DNA of 63,829 bases, filler included, from Rhabdomonas costata (lineage: Eukaryota): NCBI GenBank assembly GCA_019059605.1. It is 46 parts of 46 records of this genome, joined end to end, with 100 filler letters (N's around TTAATTAATTAA, not from the genome) between each part and the next. Parts side by side here need not be neighbours in the genome. Positions count along the whole stretch, not along the records: positions 47,254 to 48,543 come from JAHMHO010020489.1; positions 48,644 to 49,933 come from JAHMHO010020490.1; positions 50,034 to 51,323 come from JAHMHO010020491.1; positions 51,424 to 52,712 come from JAHMHO010020492.1; positions 52,813 to 54,101 come from JAHMHO010020493.1; positions 54,202 to 55,491 come from JAHMHO010020494.1; positions 55,592 to 56,881 come from JAHMHO010020495.1; positions 56,982 to 58,271 come from JAHMHO010020496.1; 38 more parts are not named here. One strand, given 5' to 3'. Shown piece after piece: positions 48,220 to 61,522 of this stretch. A model generated the notes under the pieces. That model made no database searches, was not told the DNA's origin, and was given only the letters and a program-made list of their open reading frames with translations. How positions within the stretch are numbered: position 1 is the stretch's first letter; every line of letters starts with the position of its first letter. A program made the position numbers and the translations under genes.

Positions 48220-50935
48220 CTGGCAATGCAAGAACCATCACGGGGCGCACGAGCGAGGGCGTGTGAGGCGTGTGGTGTGTCACCGAGAGGGGATGGTTGC
48301 TATTATCCTGTGGTTCCGTTCCGGTTGCTGTGCGGACGCGACAGCAACCGCTTGCTGAGGTGGGAAGGTAGAAGCAAACAGGAGACGATCACAGAGGAAG
48401 GAGGAGAGGATGTTACACGTAAAGGTTGGTTGACACATGAGCACATTATGAGAAGAGTCTGCTTGTGCTGCGAATGGGGTCCGGACCACTGCCCTTTTTG
48501 GTGGAGTGATGTGGTGTTAAACTTTACCTTCTACAAACCCAACNNNNNNNNNNNNNNNNNNNNNNNNNNNNNNNNNNNNNNNNNNNNTTAATTAATTAAN
48601 NNNNNNNNNNNNNNNNNNNNNNNNNNNNNNNNNNNNNNNNNNNTGCAGCCGCATCCCGTTTATATAAGCCTGTATTGGTAATATTGTGGGTGAAAAGATT
48701 AGTGATTTTTTTTGGGGGGGGGCTTGTCTGTTCTTGCAGAGCTATCTATTGCTTCTGTGTGAGAGTCGTGAGGGTTGTTCGCATTCCTCCCGCATCCCAC
48801 CCTTACCTCCTCTCACTGTGGAGCAGCTGTGGAGAATGTCCTGGCCTGGCGCAGGTTGGGACGCTCTTGCTGTTTCCAGTGTGGACAGATTCACGCTGTG
48901 ACGTGTTGAGATGTTATGGTTGATCAGTTTCTGTTGGTGCTCGGACGGATCTCCTGTGTTTCATCGTTTATCATTCAGTCAACGTTATTTTTATTCGGCG
49001 TGTGACGCGCCCTGTCCCTATCACTCAAAAGAGCACTTGTCCATTTCCTGCCTCATTGGCGGCATTGACATGCCTGGGGTGCAAGGACCAGCGCGCAGCC
49101 GTTTCCTGTGCTTCGTCTTAAACCCCACTGTTTGCATTGACGCAGCTGTGGATGCCTGGAGGAATGTGCACGAGTGTTCTTCATTTGATTTCTTCAGAGG
49201 GGCCTGCCGTTGGGTTCGGTGACAGCCTGAGCTTCCCCAGCACCCGTGTTGGCGGCGAGGTGCGTTTTTTATGCCTCCCAACCCTCCTACCAGTCGTTGG
49301 ACCGCTCCACTCTCACTCCCAAGTGGTTGCCCATAATTTTGGGGTTAGGACACCGTTTTGAATGATGGTACAACCTCATAGCGCTTGTGCGGGGTCCTAG
49401 CAGTTTCCCTGCACCCCAGACCGCCAAAATTCCGCAAAATTCTCTCAGCTCCTCGACCAAAAGGATCTCCTGTGGCATTCGCTCGTGTTTCTGGTGCACG
49501 AGGTGATTCGTTTGTGCCGAGCTTCCTTGAATACTTCCTCCCCTTTTCACCTTCTCACGCAGGGATCCCTAGAGATGCACCAAGTGCTTCTTCTGCGGCA
49601 GAGAGAGCTGGAGGTTCACACACACACACACTCTGTGATGTTGCAGTTTGATTTATCCCTCAAGCGTCAAGCATTGCAACTACATAACTCGTTGCCTTCA
49701 CAGCACATCCATAACAAAGTTGAAGGGAGATCTGCTTCCAGTTGTAGGCACAGCCCAACTGCATCCCGGTAGTTAGGACAGGGCGAGAGGTTGAGCGACA
49801 TTTACTTGCGGTGCTGACCTTGCGACGGCGTGTCTATCGCCGTTGAAGAAAGCAGGGCAACTGTCTCTTAATTAGGATTTTAGGTAGTGCACCCCTTCTT
49901 GGGGGAGGACGAAGGGCTGAACTACCAAAAACANNNNNNNNNNNNNNNNNNNNNNNNNNNNNNNNNNNNNNNNNNNNTTAATTAATTAANNNNNNNNNNN
50001 NNNNNNNNNNNNNNNNNNNNNNNNNNNNNNNNNTGTGTGGGTTTGTTTGGGGGGGGTTGTTCCTTGGCGGGCTCGGCTAAAGAAGCGCGATAAGAAGGGA
50101 TAGATGGAGTACGGTACTGTTAGATGAAGGTTTGTCAGGCGCGAACTTCGGTTAGGGCACCCAGTCATTGTTTGTTGGTTAGATCACTCATACTTTGAGA
50201 AATGCACACGCCAAAGCGACTGCCCCTCATGGGAAATTCACAACAGCAAGTCCTTCACAGAAAAGGACATGTTCTGTGTGACTGTGAGTGTGAGTTGATG
50301 AAACCTGTCTCATACCATCTCATTGGGGCCAGTTCAGAGTTAACAGTGACAATGTGCGGTTATGAAGCATAACATGCAAAGGAAACAGGTCTGCACGGAA
50401 AGCATGTAACGCGGCGTGGAAAAGCGAAAATAGTAAGGAATATGCAAGGAGGGAATGTGAAGCTGGCAAAAGCACCCAAGAACCAACATCTTTCATCTTA
50501 CCTTTCCAATTTGATAAAAAAAACACTTCCTAGCACACTCAGCACAACCTGAACCCTGAGACATGTCATTCAGAAGCGAGACGGGGCACACTGCCGCCGA
50601 AGGACCTCCGATGCCGCCTCTCCCTCCCTCGGTATAGTGGAGGCTTAAAGGTTGTACAGCAACGAGTTTCACTGGCAGCACCCAGTTGTCCTTTTTGGGA
50701 CGAGTCTCTCTGTGTGCCACGGGACCTGAGTCGTCCCTCACATCTCTCACGGTGGCGAGGAGGGGGTCGGTGGGACGAGGCCCCCCAGAAGGGCCTCCAG
50801 CTGCTGCAGGACGTGCTATCCGAACCTGTGGGACAGCTCCGCTCTCCTCCCATTCTCCCCATCCTTCTCCCTCTCTGTGTGTATGTGGCCCAACAAAACC
50901 CACCCTTCCCCGCACTACACCCTCGCACAACATAC

Positions 50936-51068
50936 CATTCGGAAGCACTTCCGAGTGGGCTCCAAGGGGGTCAGCACGTCGAGTACGAGCTGGTGCTCGT
51001 TGCGATCCAGCTCTATCTCGGCGACCTTCGAGGCAATTCCGCTGTACTCGTCGCGCAGCCTTTGGTAC
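50936..51068 (-). CDS. PFDN2: Prefoldin subunit 2 exon
   Basis: cacag|...ATG|gtatgt; YQRLRDEYSGIASKVAEIELDRNEHQLVLDVLTPLEPTRKCFRM matches the ASKxxExExxxxEHxLVxxxL...RKCxRM motif. Confidence 0.92.
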
Positions 51069-53535
51069 CTGTGAAGGAGGGGTGGGGGGCCGCAGCGCCT
51101 AACTCTCATTTCTCGTGCACATTTTTCTTACGCGGTTGGCCAGGGTGGCTGTTTTCCTGGGTATGTATCTCCATCCAGCAAAAAGCGAGTCTGCTCGAAC
51201 TGTGAAAATGAGAAGGAGCGGGCACGCCTGAAAGCCAGAACGGTGGGAGGGTCCACTGATCCATCCCTCTGCTCTCCAACGCACGACCTGTCCTGTGCAG
51301 CTCTTCTCTCCCCTCCACACAAANNNNNNNNNNNNNNNNNNNNNNNNNNNNNNNNNNNNNNNNNNNNTTAATTAATTAANNNNNNNNNNNNNNNNNNNNN
51401 NNNNNNNNNNNNNNNNNNNNNNNCTCCCCTCCATCCCTGTATTCGCAACACAAGTACGTTGCGGGCTCATTCCCTTGTTGGTTTCTTCGGTCAGATGCAC
51501 CGCTCTTTCGTATTTGAAAGGCATGTCGAGCTCTATTTCATCACCTCTACACACGGCGTACATGTCCGACCGCAGCGTGCAGAACGTGCGTGGGCTAAAC
51601 ACGGTTCCTGAGCCCCCCCCCCCCCTCCCATGCTAAGCCACGCAGTTCATTGCTCGGGACACGTGCCAGAAAAGAGCGAAACATGCTTGCGATGCGAAGC
51701 TGGATTCCGCTGGATTCCGCACAGCCACACGAGCTACCCTGCATGGGGCCCCAGATCCAAAGCCGAAGAGAAATGGGGAGCATAGGGTTAGTCCAGCTCG
51801 AAGAAGCCTGAAAAAGCCCTTTTTAGGCTAATCGGGCAATTTTGATCGAGTCCTATGGAACATGGAACTCGGGAGTGGGGTTGGGGGCATTTTTGGTCGC
51901 AAAACGGCCCCAAAAGGGTACTTTTTGTAATGGGAGAGAACTGAAGTGCTCACTGAACTACAAAAGAAGGGGCAACTGGTGCGATGGGATGGTCCCAGCC
52001 ACGGCGGAGGGAAAGCCAACTACAACCAACAGTACGCTTCCAGTAAGGAGCCAGAAGTAGCCACCGAGTCCCAAAATCACACGCAAAAAAATACCCTACA
52101 ACATGACAAGCAACAGCAATAACAAAACGAGGGGGGGGGCAGCGCACAAAACCGGAGGAATTCCCGCAAATTCACACACATGCTGGAACCCCCCAGCTGC
52201 ACTCGATGACACGCGCGCGGGGACAGAAGACACCACGGAAGCGATAGTTTACAATGCAGAAGCTTTGCACACATGGCACTCTCTCTCTTCGTGTGTAGGT
52301 GTGCACAGGCGTGTGTATGTCTGTGTGATACATTGCCATGATACTCACAAGGAAACACCCGGTTAAAAATAACAGGAGAGACCTCCAACCTCAGCTAAGA
52401 CGTGGCCTCCACCGCGGGGCGAGCCCTGCTATGGGTGTGGGCGTGCGCCACGGGAGTGCGATGGCTGACCACCTCGCGGTTCAGCAGTGCAGTGGCCACC
52501 GAGGCGCTGCTATTCCCAACCGCAGCAGCCTGAACACCCAACCACAGAATGTGCTCTGGAAAGCGCACATGGATGCGCACGAGGATTTGTCAAAACATTC
52601 ACGGAGATGGCGGGGATTGATGACCAATCCAGCAACACATTTGCAGGCAAAGGTATATACAAACAAAATACGGCACGGAGAAAGAGCGGAGGAGGGGGGA
52701 TGTCCAGTGCTCNNNNNNNNNNNNNNNNNNNNNNNNNNNNNNNNNNNNNNNNNNNNTTAATTAATTAANNNNNNNNNNNNNNNNNNNNNNNNNNNNNNNN
52801 NNNNNNNNNNNNCTGTGGACACCGGGATTTCATCCACTTTTGGATGCATGGGTTTTGTTACAAAACGCGAAAACCTTTTAATTTTAGACAGGCTTATGTG
52901 AGGAAAAAAATAGTTCCGGATGGTATCATCCATCTGGATAGTTGTTGCGCGTACAAAGTTGGGTTCACAAGGAACTTTTGGAAATGCTTTGTTGCCATGT
53001 GCAGACAGTTTGAATGCTCGAAAAACCAGGGTTGAAGCGCAGCAAAAGGTAAAATGAGGCATTTCAACTGGGTTTCATGTCTCGGAGTTCCTTCCTTGGA
53101 AAGTCGCGGTTGTGGACGTTGGCAAGCGACGATTCTTGGCCGTTTCCTGAGTGGGTGAAATAGGTGTCCAGGGTGATATATTTGGCGCAGTGACCTGCGC
53201 CAAATATTGATAACAAAGTCGTGCTCATTCAGCTCTTCATTTTTGAAAAATTCAAAGCGCAGCGATGGGAGCAACAAATAATTATGATTATTATTCAAGC
53301 AAATTAGAAAAGCGGCTGCTGCGTATTTTTTTATGCGGGTGGCTGTTAGGTTGCATTTGAGTCGATCTGTGTGGTGCCTGTCGTCTTGGGCGGTGGTGGG
53401 TGGTGGGTAAGGACAGAAAATTTAGGGGATGACTTCATTGCTGTGCTGAAGAGAAGCACAATTTGATTTTGGCTCACAGGCTCACAGTGTAGTGTGGTTT
53501 GGGTTGGCTGGGTACTCCTGCATGTTTTTTCCCAG

Positions 53536-53665
53536 GGTCAAGCATCTCACATGGAATGACTCCTTGCTGCAGAAGATCTGGCCCACCCCCGAGCTGGACG
53601 AAGCCCTTGCATGGGTGGACCAAGTCCTGGCCTCAGGGCAGCAGCTGCTGATCAACTGCCGGATG
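53536..53665 (+). CDS. Dual-specificity protein phosphatase exon
   Basis: cccag|...ATG|gttcgt; WNDS...LDEALAWVDQVLASGQQLLINCRM leads into the P-loop (usually VLVHCxxG). Confidence 0.75.
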
Positions 53666-56600
53666 GTTCGTTGGTGGTGGGTTTTGATTTTTTTCGATTC
53701 TCGCCCTACCCGTGCCGATCTGCAGTCGACCCTGGATCCTGAATGGTCCTTGCAACACGTGGAACACATTTTACAATGCCCCCCCCCCCACACGAACACA
53801 CAAACCCGGCCCGCTTTCTTGGTGCTGTAGTGCCACTCAGGTGGTTAGATGGCCACACTCCTACACATCGGACTGAGTCTCCAAAAGAGTGCTGTCTGTG
53901 CGCAGTGCATTCTGCGCCATCTAGGGAGGCTGACTCGTGTACGAATGGTTACCAAATTTGGCAGTGCCTCAAAGAGTGCCCCAAATTTATACGAATTTGT
54001 AGTACGAATTTCTGGAGACCCCAAAAATGCGAATTTTCACTTTTACGAACCCGATTTTTGGGGATCCCTGCCCCGTCGGTTTTTAACAGACCTCTGCCCC
54101 ANNNNNNNNNNNNNNNNNNNNNNNNNNNNNNNNNNNNNNNNNNNNTTAATTAATTAANNNNNNNNNNNNNNNNNNNNNNNNNNNNNNNNNNNNNNNNNNN
54201 NGGGGGTTGGGGAATAAGAAGAATAGGAAACGAAGAGCGAAGAAGCGAAGAAGGGAGTGGTGGCTGTTGAGAAGAAAAAGAAGCAGACGAGAATGGAAAG
54301 CAAATGACGTAACGGGGCGGGGCAGATATTGATGGGGCAGATATTTCCACTTTCGCGGGTTGTTGTCGTTGTTTTTTTGTGTTTTGTTTTCTATATTGTG
54401 TAAATTGGGATTGGGAATTAGAATGTTAGGGCTACTCGGTGTTAAAGACATGCGTCACACCAAGGACTCCCAAACGAGAAGCTGTGTGAGCAAAATAGTC
54501 CGGCCCTTGCGTCTTTTCCACCTGGAACCCGGACCCAAAAACTTTCCTGCACCCTGCCTTGTCCAGACTTGAACGGTGTTTTGGAAGTTTGTGTGTTGGC
54601 ATCTGTTTACCTTTTGCTGAGAAGGTGCGGAGCTGCTGCCTCGTTTCACTTTTTTATTTTTTTTTCATGATTTATGTCATTCAGATCGATCTGAAAGTTC
54701 CCAGCTTGTACCTAGAAAGTAGAGACCCCTCCGCGGCGCGGCTGTCCCTCCGCTCCCCTGCCCTCTCTACAGCTCTCACACCGGCAGCCCCAACGACAGA
54801 CCTTTTCCTCTCAATTCCCACGCTGCGGCTCTCGACCGCTACCGCGCCGCAAGGCTTCTCTGCGAACGGGCTGCTGCTGGGACCGCCTGCAGCTGAAGAC
54901 CCTTTTGGGTCCGTGCGGGCATCCGGCACGATTGGGACTTGTGGAGACTCTCTGACTGGGGCCACGCTTGGAAACCCATGGTGTGCCCCGTGGCTTTTCT
55001 GTTTGGGGTTGCTCCTCTCTTCCCGAAGAGGAAAACCATTTACCAAGCTCTCCGCAATATTCCATTGCGGGCCGCATTTCCTTTTTTTTTATCCTTTTAC
55101 CATGTTAGCATGATAATCGTTGGAGCAGATTATCTGTCCGCTGAGTTAGTTACCAGGAGGATCAGTAGTTTTAGCCCTTTCCATCGCCATTATGAAGAAA
55201 CGTTCAGGCCCTGGTGCGAGTGAAGCCCGTGTTCTGAAAACACCACACTGCAATTCCCCAGGGGATGCCTCAGTGTGGGCTCGAGGAAAGTCGAGAAGGT
55301 AGACCCCTCGTGTGGACTGACCCCCCTGCCCACCACCTCGACGGCAACCGCAGCAAACCCTTTGGAGGCCTCCGTGCGGAAAGAGGGCGTGCGCACTCCA
55401 CTTGAGTTTGAAAGGTGACCATCTCTCCGTTTCTCGCATGTTTTTGAGCGGGAACACTTTTAAAAAGCATTCTTTCGGCGAACCACCCCCCNNNNNNNNN
55501 NNNNNNNNNNNNNNNNNNNNNNNNNNNNNNNNNNNTTAATTAATTAANNNNNNNNNNNNNNNNNNNNNNNNNNNNNNNNNNNNNNNNNNNNGTTTGTTTT
55601 TTCATTATGAGCAAATCTGGGAAAGAGGGGCACCACAATCAGTCGAGAGTCGAGGATGAAACGGAAACCCCTGTCCCCGATTTCTGGCCGCGCAGGTTTC
55701 GGGAGGCCCGTTATGCACAAAGGCCACAAAAGGGCCACTTCTAAGGCTGCTTTTTGTCCTCAATGAGAGGGGCCATGCTGCTCATAATGAAAAAAGAAAT
55801 AAAAATCCACCTCACCCGGCAGCGCCCCAGCACTGGATTCCTGAATCACTTCCGAAAAGCAGTGTGTCATTGCGGCAGGGAAGCCGTGTCCAGCGTGCCT
55901 CAATCAAGAACGAAAGGCTGAGAGTCGCGAGCAGATCCATTCACCCTTGCCCTTAATCACTGCGAGCTTGGTCAAAGTCAACAAAAAAAGGGGGGCAAGG
56001 CGGTCTCTATATCTGCTGGCAAATGGCAAACCCAGAAAAAAAAACACAAAAGAGCGAGGGCTGCGGAGAAGGGACGGGACTGTGGGGGGACTCGAAGAAA
56101 ATGAAAACGAACCCAAGGAACAAACAAAACAGCAAAAAGCCAAACAAAAATCAAAATCAAATCGAAAATTCATCAACCAACCAAACGACAGAGGTGGCTC
56201 GTCAGCTCTGGGGCCAACGGAGCCTCTCATCGGGGCCTCTCGCTGCACTGAAGCAGCGCATCCAGGTGGTGATACACAGCATATCGTGTCGCAGGAACCT
56301 GTGAAAGCTGCGGTGGATAACATGGCGCTGCGTGTCAGGGCTTGCGTCGGTCTGCGCAGAGGTTTCCTCGAAACAGTAACCCACTACCACAGTGTGCTGG
56401 GGTCTTATGGAAACGTTCGGTTTCCCCTTTGTCGAGTCAATTGTTTTTCTGAGCTAAGCGTCTTCGGGCCCCATAGGGCCCCATGAGGCACCTGCATTAT
56501 AACCTGGACCCGAGTAGCCAGTGAACACAGTGGAGAATTCGTCAAAACGCATATTTTTAATGGGACATAAGGATTTGCGTGGTTTGCTTTGAGGATTTGT

Positions 56601-58547
56601 TTGCATGTTTCCCATTTTCAGAGAACGGATGCTGCGGATGAGCAGGATCAAGGAGATTGTCGCAATCTTCGTTGCTGCGAGCTTCCACTCCCTGAATTAG
56701 GTGCTGTCTAAGCTTTTTCTTCACCTCGCTGTTTGTTTGTTTGTTGTTGTGTGTGAACTGCCGCGGAGCCAAACGCAGAGACCGGACGACAGGCCACAAG
56801 TCCGCAACATTGGGCTATACTACCTCCGTCAGGCCTTGGTCCTTGTGACCGGCTTTGATTGGATGCCGTAACCCCCCCCCCNNNNNNNNNNNNNNNNNNN
56901 NNNNNNNNNNNNNNNNNNNNNNNNNTTAATTAATTAANNNNNNNNNNNNNNNNNNNNNNNNNNNNNNNNNNNNNNNNNNNNGTGTGGGTGTGTTTGGGTT
57001 GTTGTGGAAGTTACTGGCGCTTGAGGGACAGGGCACAAAGTCAGCATGTGTGTTCCAGAGAAGCAGGAGAATTTGGGTCGCCAAAAGCGGAATCAAGCTT
57101 GGCAGCCTCATTCTCTCTATTGTTCCTTAAAGAGCTGCGAAGGAGGGAAGTAGCAAGGTTCAAGAAAGCGTTCGCGAGAAAGGAGGTACGCTGCTTGGCA
57201 CAAGAACCGTATCACACTGGCACTGCAGTGACACTCGATTAAGGAGTGACCTCAAACACCACACCATTGTCAAACATCAAGGGCCGCGGAGCATCCTGGA
57301 GAAAAAACACCCCATCCACATCGGAAAGGCTTGCCGTAATACATACCTAGCCGTTTTTTCTTCAGATTGATACATACAGCAGGCATTTAAATAGAGTAAA
57401 AACATTTCAAATGGAAACCTGTCTCATACCAAGGTGTGACAGAAACCCAAACTACGCCTCACGGGAAGCGTTTCCACTGAGCACGAGCCATATGCCATGC
57501 CTTTACTGGGTGGGGCAAAAAAACTGGCAGAGTGAATTTCATTTGGAGAATATGCGCGAAACACGAATCCAATCCTCCGGAAGTCTGAAGTGCTTTTTTT
57601 GTTTTTCAACCTCTGTTTTGAAACGAGACACATAAATGTGTATAACACGCCATATACATATATACACGCATAAATACACGCATATCTGCGTGCGCATATC
57701 TCCCCAAGAAGACGAAAAGTTAACCAAATTCGCGAACGTTCTTCAGAATCGGAAACCACTGCTTGCAGGAAGCAGCGCATTCTCAAGTGGTCCAATGTGG
57801 TCCAAGTGGTCCACTCCAGTGGTCCAATGTAACATCCCTGGCGTCTGCTTAGGGATCAATGGTCTTTTTAGCCCTTTCCTTCTGGAGCAAAAGAGAAACG
57901 AACTACACGAAATAGGTTCTCTACATAGCGTCTTCCGAGGTGCCAGCACTTGAACGGGCAGCACCCGAACAGTGGAAGAAAAACAGCACCAATCACCTCA
58001 CGCAAACCCACACACAAACTCGTATCATGGAAGACGCCAGTAAACGGAAAGCCGCTTCGGACCGATTCGCGCGGACACACGTACTTACACCGTACAGAAA
58101 AGGCTGAAAATCTTAGCTTCTGCAAACGAAAGAATTACCGTACAACTATGGGATACCAACCCGTGAGGGCACAGCAGTAGTACGCGGCTCGATGAACACA
58201 ACTCACTGCTACTACCCGTATTTCAATATCCCCAAAAAAGTGAGACCAGAGACAAACCCACACACCAACAANNNNNNNNNNNNNNNNNNNNNNNNNNNNN
58301 NNNNNNNNNNNNNNNTTAATTAATTAANNNNNNNNNNNNNNNNNNNNNNNNNNNNNNNNNNNNNNNNNNNNGTTTTTTGGGCATGCTCTGCTCTCGTCGT
58401 TCTCATCTAACACAGGTTGGTGTTTGCTAGCGAACACCAACCTGTGTTAGATGAGAACGACGAGAGCAGAGCATGCCCGGAAAAAGCAGGGAGGCAACCA
58501 ATCCAACTTTCCGTAAAGCAACACAGGGTCCCGAGGGCAACAGAGAC

Positions 58548-58810
58548 CTGTAGTTGAGGTTGAGCTCGAGCTTCGTCAGGCAGGGCAGGTCCAGCACCCC
58601 GAGCACCAGCCCGGGCAGGTGCACGACCTGCGCCCGGCCGTAGTTCGTTTTTTGGTGCAGCCGGAGCACGGCGCAGCGCTGCAGGGCGGGCAGCCTCAGG
58701 GGGTGCGGGGTGGGCTCCACGGGGAACACCCCGCGGGACTCCACCACAAGACGGGTCAGGCACTGCTGGGCAGAGCTTAGAACAGACGCCAGCTCGGGCC
58801 AGAGCTCCAC
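58548..58810 (-). CDS. Leucine-rich-repeat-like protein exon
   Basis: gttag|GTG...ACAG|gtctct; GC-rich; LRLPALQR and LDLPCLTKLELNL; a possible upstream exon ends ...LLATCSNL near 59306. Confidence 0.6.
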
Positions 58811-59915
58811 CTAACGATTACAGCAAAATATTAAAAAGGGAAATGCCAGAAGGGAGATCAGCAACTGACGAGCACAAACAGTGCAGGAAACTAATTTCAG
58901 AAAATACAACCACCTTGAGACGCGAGAGCCGAGAGGCCCGATGCTCGAGTAACCAACTCGCCCTCTTGTGGTGATGTGGGCCTTAAAACCAGCATCTCCC
59001 AGCATCCATCCGGTGAAAGGATAGTTGGGGCCCCCAAAAAAACAGGTTATAAAAGCCATTACTACACCGTTATTTCAGAACACCTGCTTTCAGCCTTAAC
59101 AGCGTGAAAAGGTTTAAAACGTATCGTGGGCATACATACCAGCGTAGCGGCATTTTATAGCGTTACCCGGACTACAATTGGAAACTTGTAGCGTAATAAA
59201 TTCTGAGTTTCGGGATGTAACTTACCTTCTATATAAAAAATGTGGGCCCATCGTTGAGGTGGTGAGGTGAGAGGTGGTGTCTCCCCTCCGGGCCGTTTTT
59301 GTCACCAGGTTTGAGCATGTAGCCAGAAGAGAGAGGGGCTTTGCTGCGGCCGAGGCCACACTGGAAACTCTCGTACTTGCCGGGAGAAATGCGGCGGGGG
59401 ATGGGAATGGGGGCTCGCCCCGAGAAAGCCCCGGAGGAGGAAAGAACCCCAACCAGAAACTCTGGATGAAGGTGGATACACCATCCTATTTTACTCCGAT
59501 TATGGAGTACAGCTCGTACTCGTCTCTACAGTGCGGGTAGCCGCTCTGCGGCGACAACACCCGAATTACCTGGGGGCACTCTTCAGACAGTTCCCTTATA
59601 ATATCATCACACATGGTGCGTATAATGGCATATACTTTATATATATTTCAACCCCCCACACNNNNNNNNNNNNNNNNNNNNNNNNNNNNNNNNNNNNNNN
59701 NNNNNTTAATTAATTAANNNNNNNNNNNNNNNNNNNNNNNNNNNNNNNNNNNNNNNNNNNNGTGTGGGTGGTTCACAGAAATTGTCGGTTGTTGGGGAGA
59801 ATAGGTCAAAAACATGCGGAAAACTGAACATTAATCCGAACACTCCCAGCTGGGAGGTTGTGGGTGGAATCCTGGAAGGAGGAATTATAGCAGAGGTAGA
59901 TTGAGCCAAGAATGC

Positions 59916-60050
59916 CTGTCGTTGAGGTTGCTGGACCGCTTCCTCTTCACAACATTTACGCTGCCGTCCTCATCTGTGGCGCGGCTGGAGGTGAAGTACC
60001 ACCAGAACGGCCGCTGCCGCTTGAAAATGACGGTATCCGGAACTCGGAAA
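59916..60050 (-). CDS. Exon of an uncharacterised protein (PDTV..F..P..WYFTS motif)
   Basis: ctcgcag| acceptor; FRVPDTVIFKRQRPFWWYFTSSRATDEDGSVNVVKRKRSSNLND; 3' border uncertain, possibly a GC donor. Confidence 0.55.
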
Positions 60051-61461
60051 CTGCGAGGAGAAGGGAAAGAGGTGGACATCGCACACAATTTGCCGAAATG
60101 CAATGCCAACTAAGTCAACCAAGTCAACCAGGCTTCCACTATTTAGCAATTGGAGCAGAGGAGCACGGAAGATGTGCTGCAGGTACGTCCGGAAGGTCCG
60201 GCTGTCATTCCCACAAATGCCGTGAGCAGGCCTAACCCCATTTTACAACTTTTCGCAGCATGTGTGTAGGCAAGACTGCTTCGACCGCGGCACCGCAGCA
60301 AGGCCACCCGCACCAACTGCCTGCCAGTGACTGAGGAAAGAAGATGAAAATTAGGGTGTCTTCGACAAATTCCAAAGCCGGTCTCGATGCGCACATTGCA
60401 CATTTTAAACCACGACTGGTACCACTTGCCGAGCGGATTTAACCGATATGCTCACGCACAGTTCTCTGTCGGTTCCGCAAAAAAGAAACACAAAGAAGGC
60501 TTGGCAAACGAGAAACACCAGAATCGGCAGGGGCCAACCGACAGAAGCTGCTGTCGGTCGGGCTTGTGCCAGAGAACCTGATACAGCCAGTCCACAAGAC
60601 CGTCCGTGTCCTGCACCTCGAGCTCCATTTATTGTGGTGCGAAATCGGTTAATCCACCATAACTTTGCGCGTCCGTCTCAAAAAGACGTTCATGAACAAA
60701 GGAAAAAACAGGCAAGCAAGGGACACAAACAACTGAGAGTCAAAGGACAGAAAAGGCGTTCCTCCGCCCCAACCTCTGGAGTTCCAGGTGGATGCTGGCT
60801 TAATTGACAGAATTCGGGAACCTGGCTCATCACACGCACCATACAGGACCGGAAAGGATGGTATGCAACACAATTCCTGATACTGATCACTCGTGAAAGG
60901 AAGATGGACCTGCGCAATAATCAGAAGGCAAGCAAAATATAAGCGAGGGTGAAAACGAAATATGTAAAACCCCACTGACCTACTCTTCGAATTGCATACC
61001 GTACGGCTCAAAAAGAAGTATTCAAAATTTGCATGTGAGAGAAACTTCCGTNNNNNNNNNNNNNNNNNNNNNNNNNNNNNNNNNNNNNNNNNNNNTTAAT
61101 TAATTAANNNNNNNNNNNNNNNNNNNNNNNNNNNNNNNNNNNNNNNNNNNNGTTTTTGGAGAGATTTCGGGCCAAACACCCTCTGCGAAGTTTTGAGAGT
61201 GCGCCCCGCCTCGCGATTCCTTTGCTTGTTCGGTGCCAGACATCATGGATGCTGCTCGATCACTACTGTCACTGGTCTCACCACCGCTGTGATGCAACTG
61301 CGAATGGGTGTGCGGCGTGCCACTGTATTCGGATGCTGTTTCCATTCCCTAAAATCTCGAGTGTTTCCAAGAAAAAAAATGCAAAGTTCTGCCCCCGCGC
61401 CAGACTTTGAGATGTGAATGTCCGCGTCAGGTTAACCGGAAATCAAGGGAGAGGGGCTGAC

Positions 61462-61522
61462 CTTGCGCGGCCACGGCACAAAAGGCCGCCACAACCGCCA
61501 CCACGGCCAGAAGAACGCGCAT
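61462..61522 (-). CDS. First exon (signal peptide) of a secreted protein, paralog of 7200-7263
   Basis: MRVLLAVVAVVAAFCAVAAQ followed by phase-1 G|gtcagc; ATG preceded by an A/C-rich leader. Confidence 0.8.

Noticed and set aside
9741-58478. Perfect inverted repeats at 9741-9831, 15022-15161, 34746-34853, 37528-37630, 45872-45936 and 58379-58478, as possible MITEs, hairpin telomeres or stem-loop introns
   Set aside because: All six abut a contig end next to the G/T primer-like tail, are unrelated in sequence, and one duplicates coding sequence; best explained as fold-back amplification artefacts
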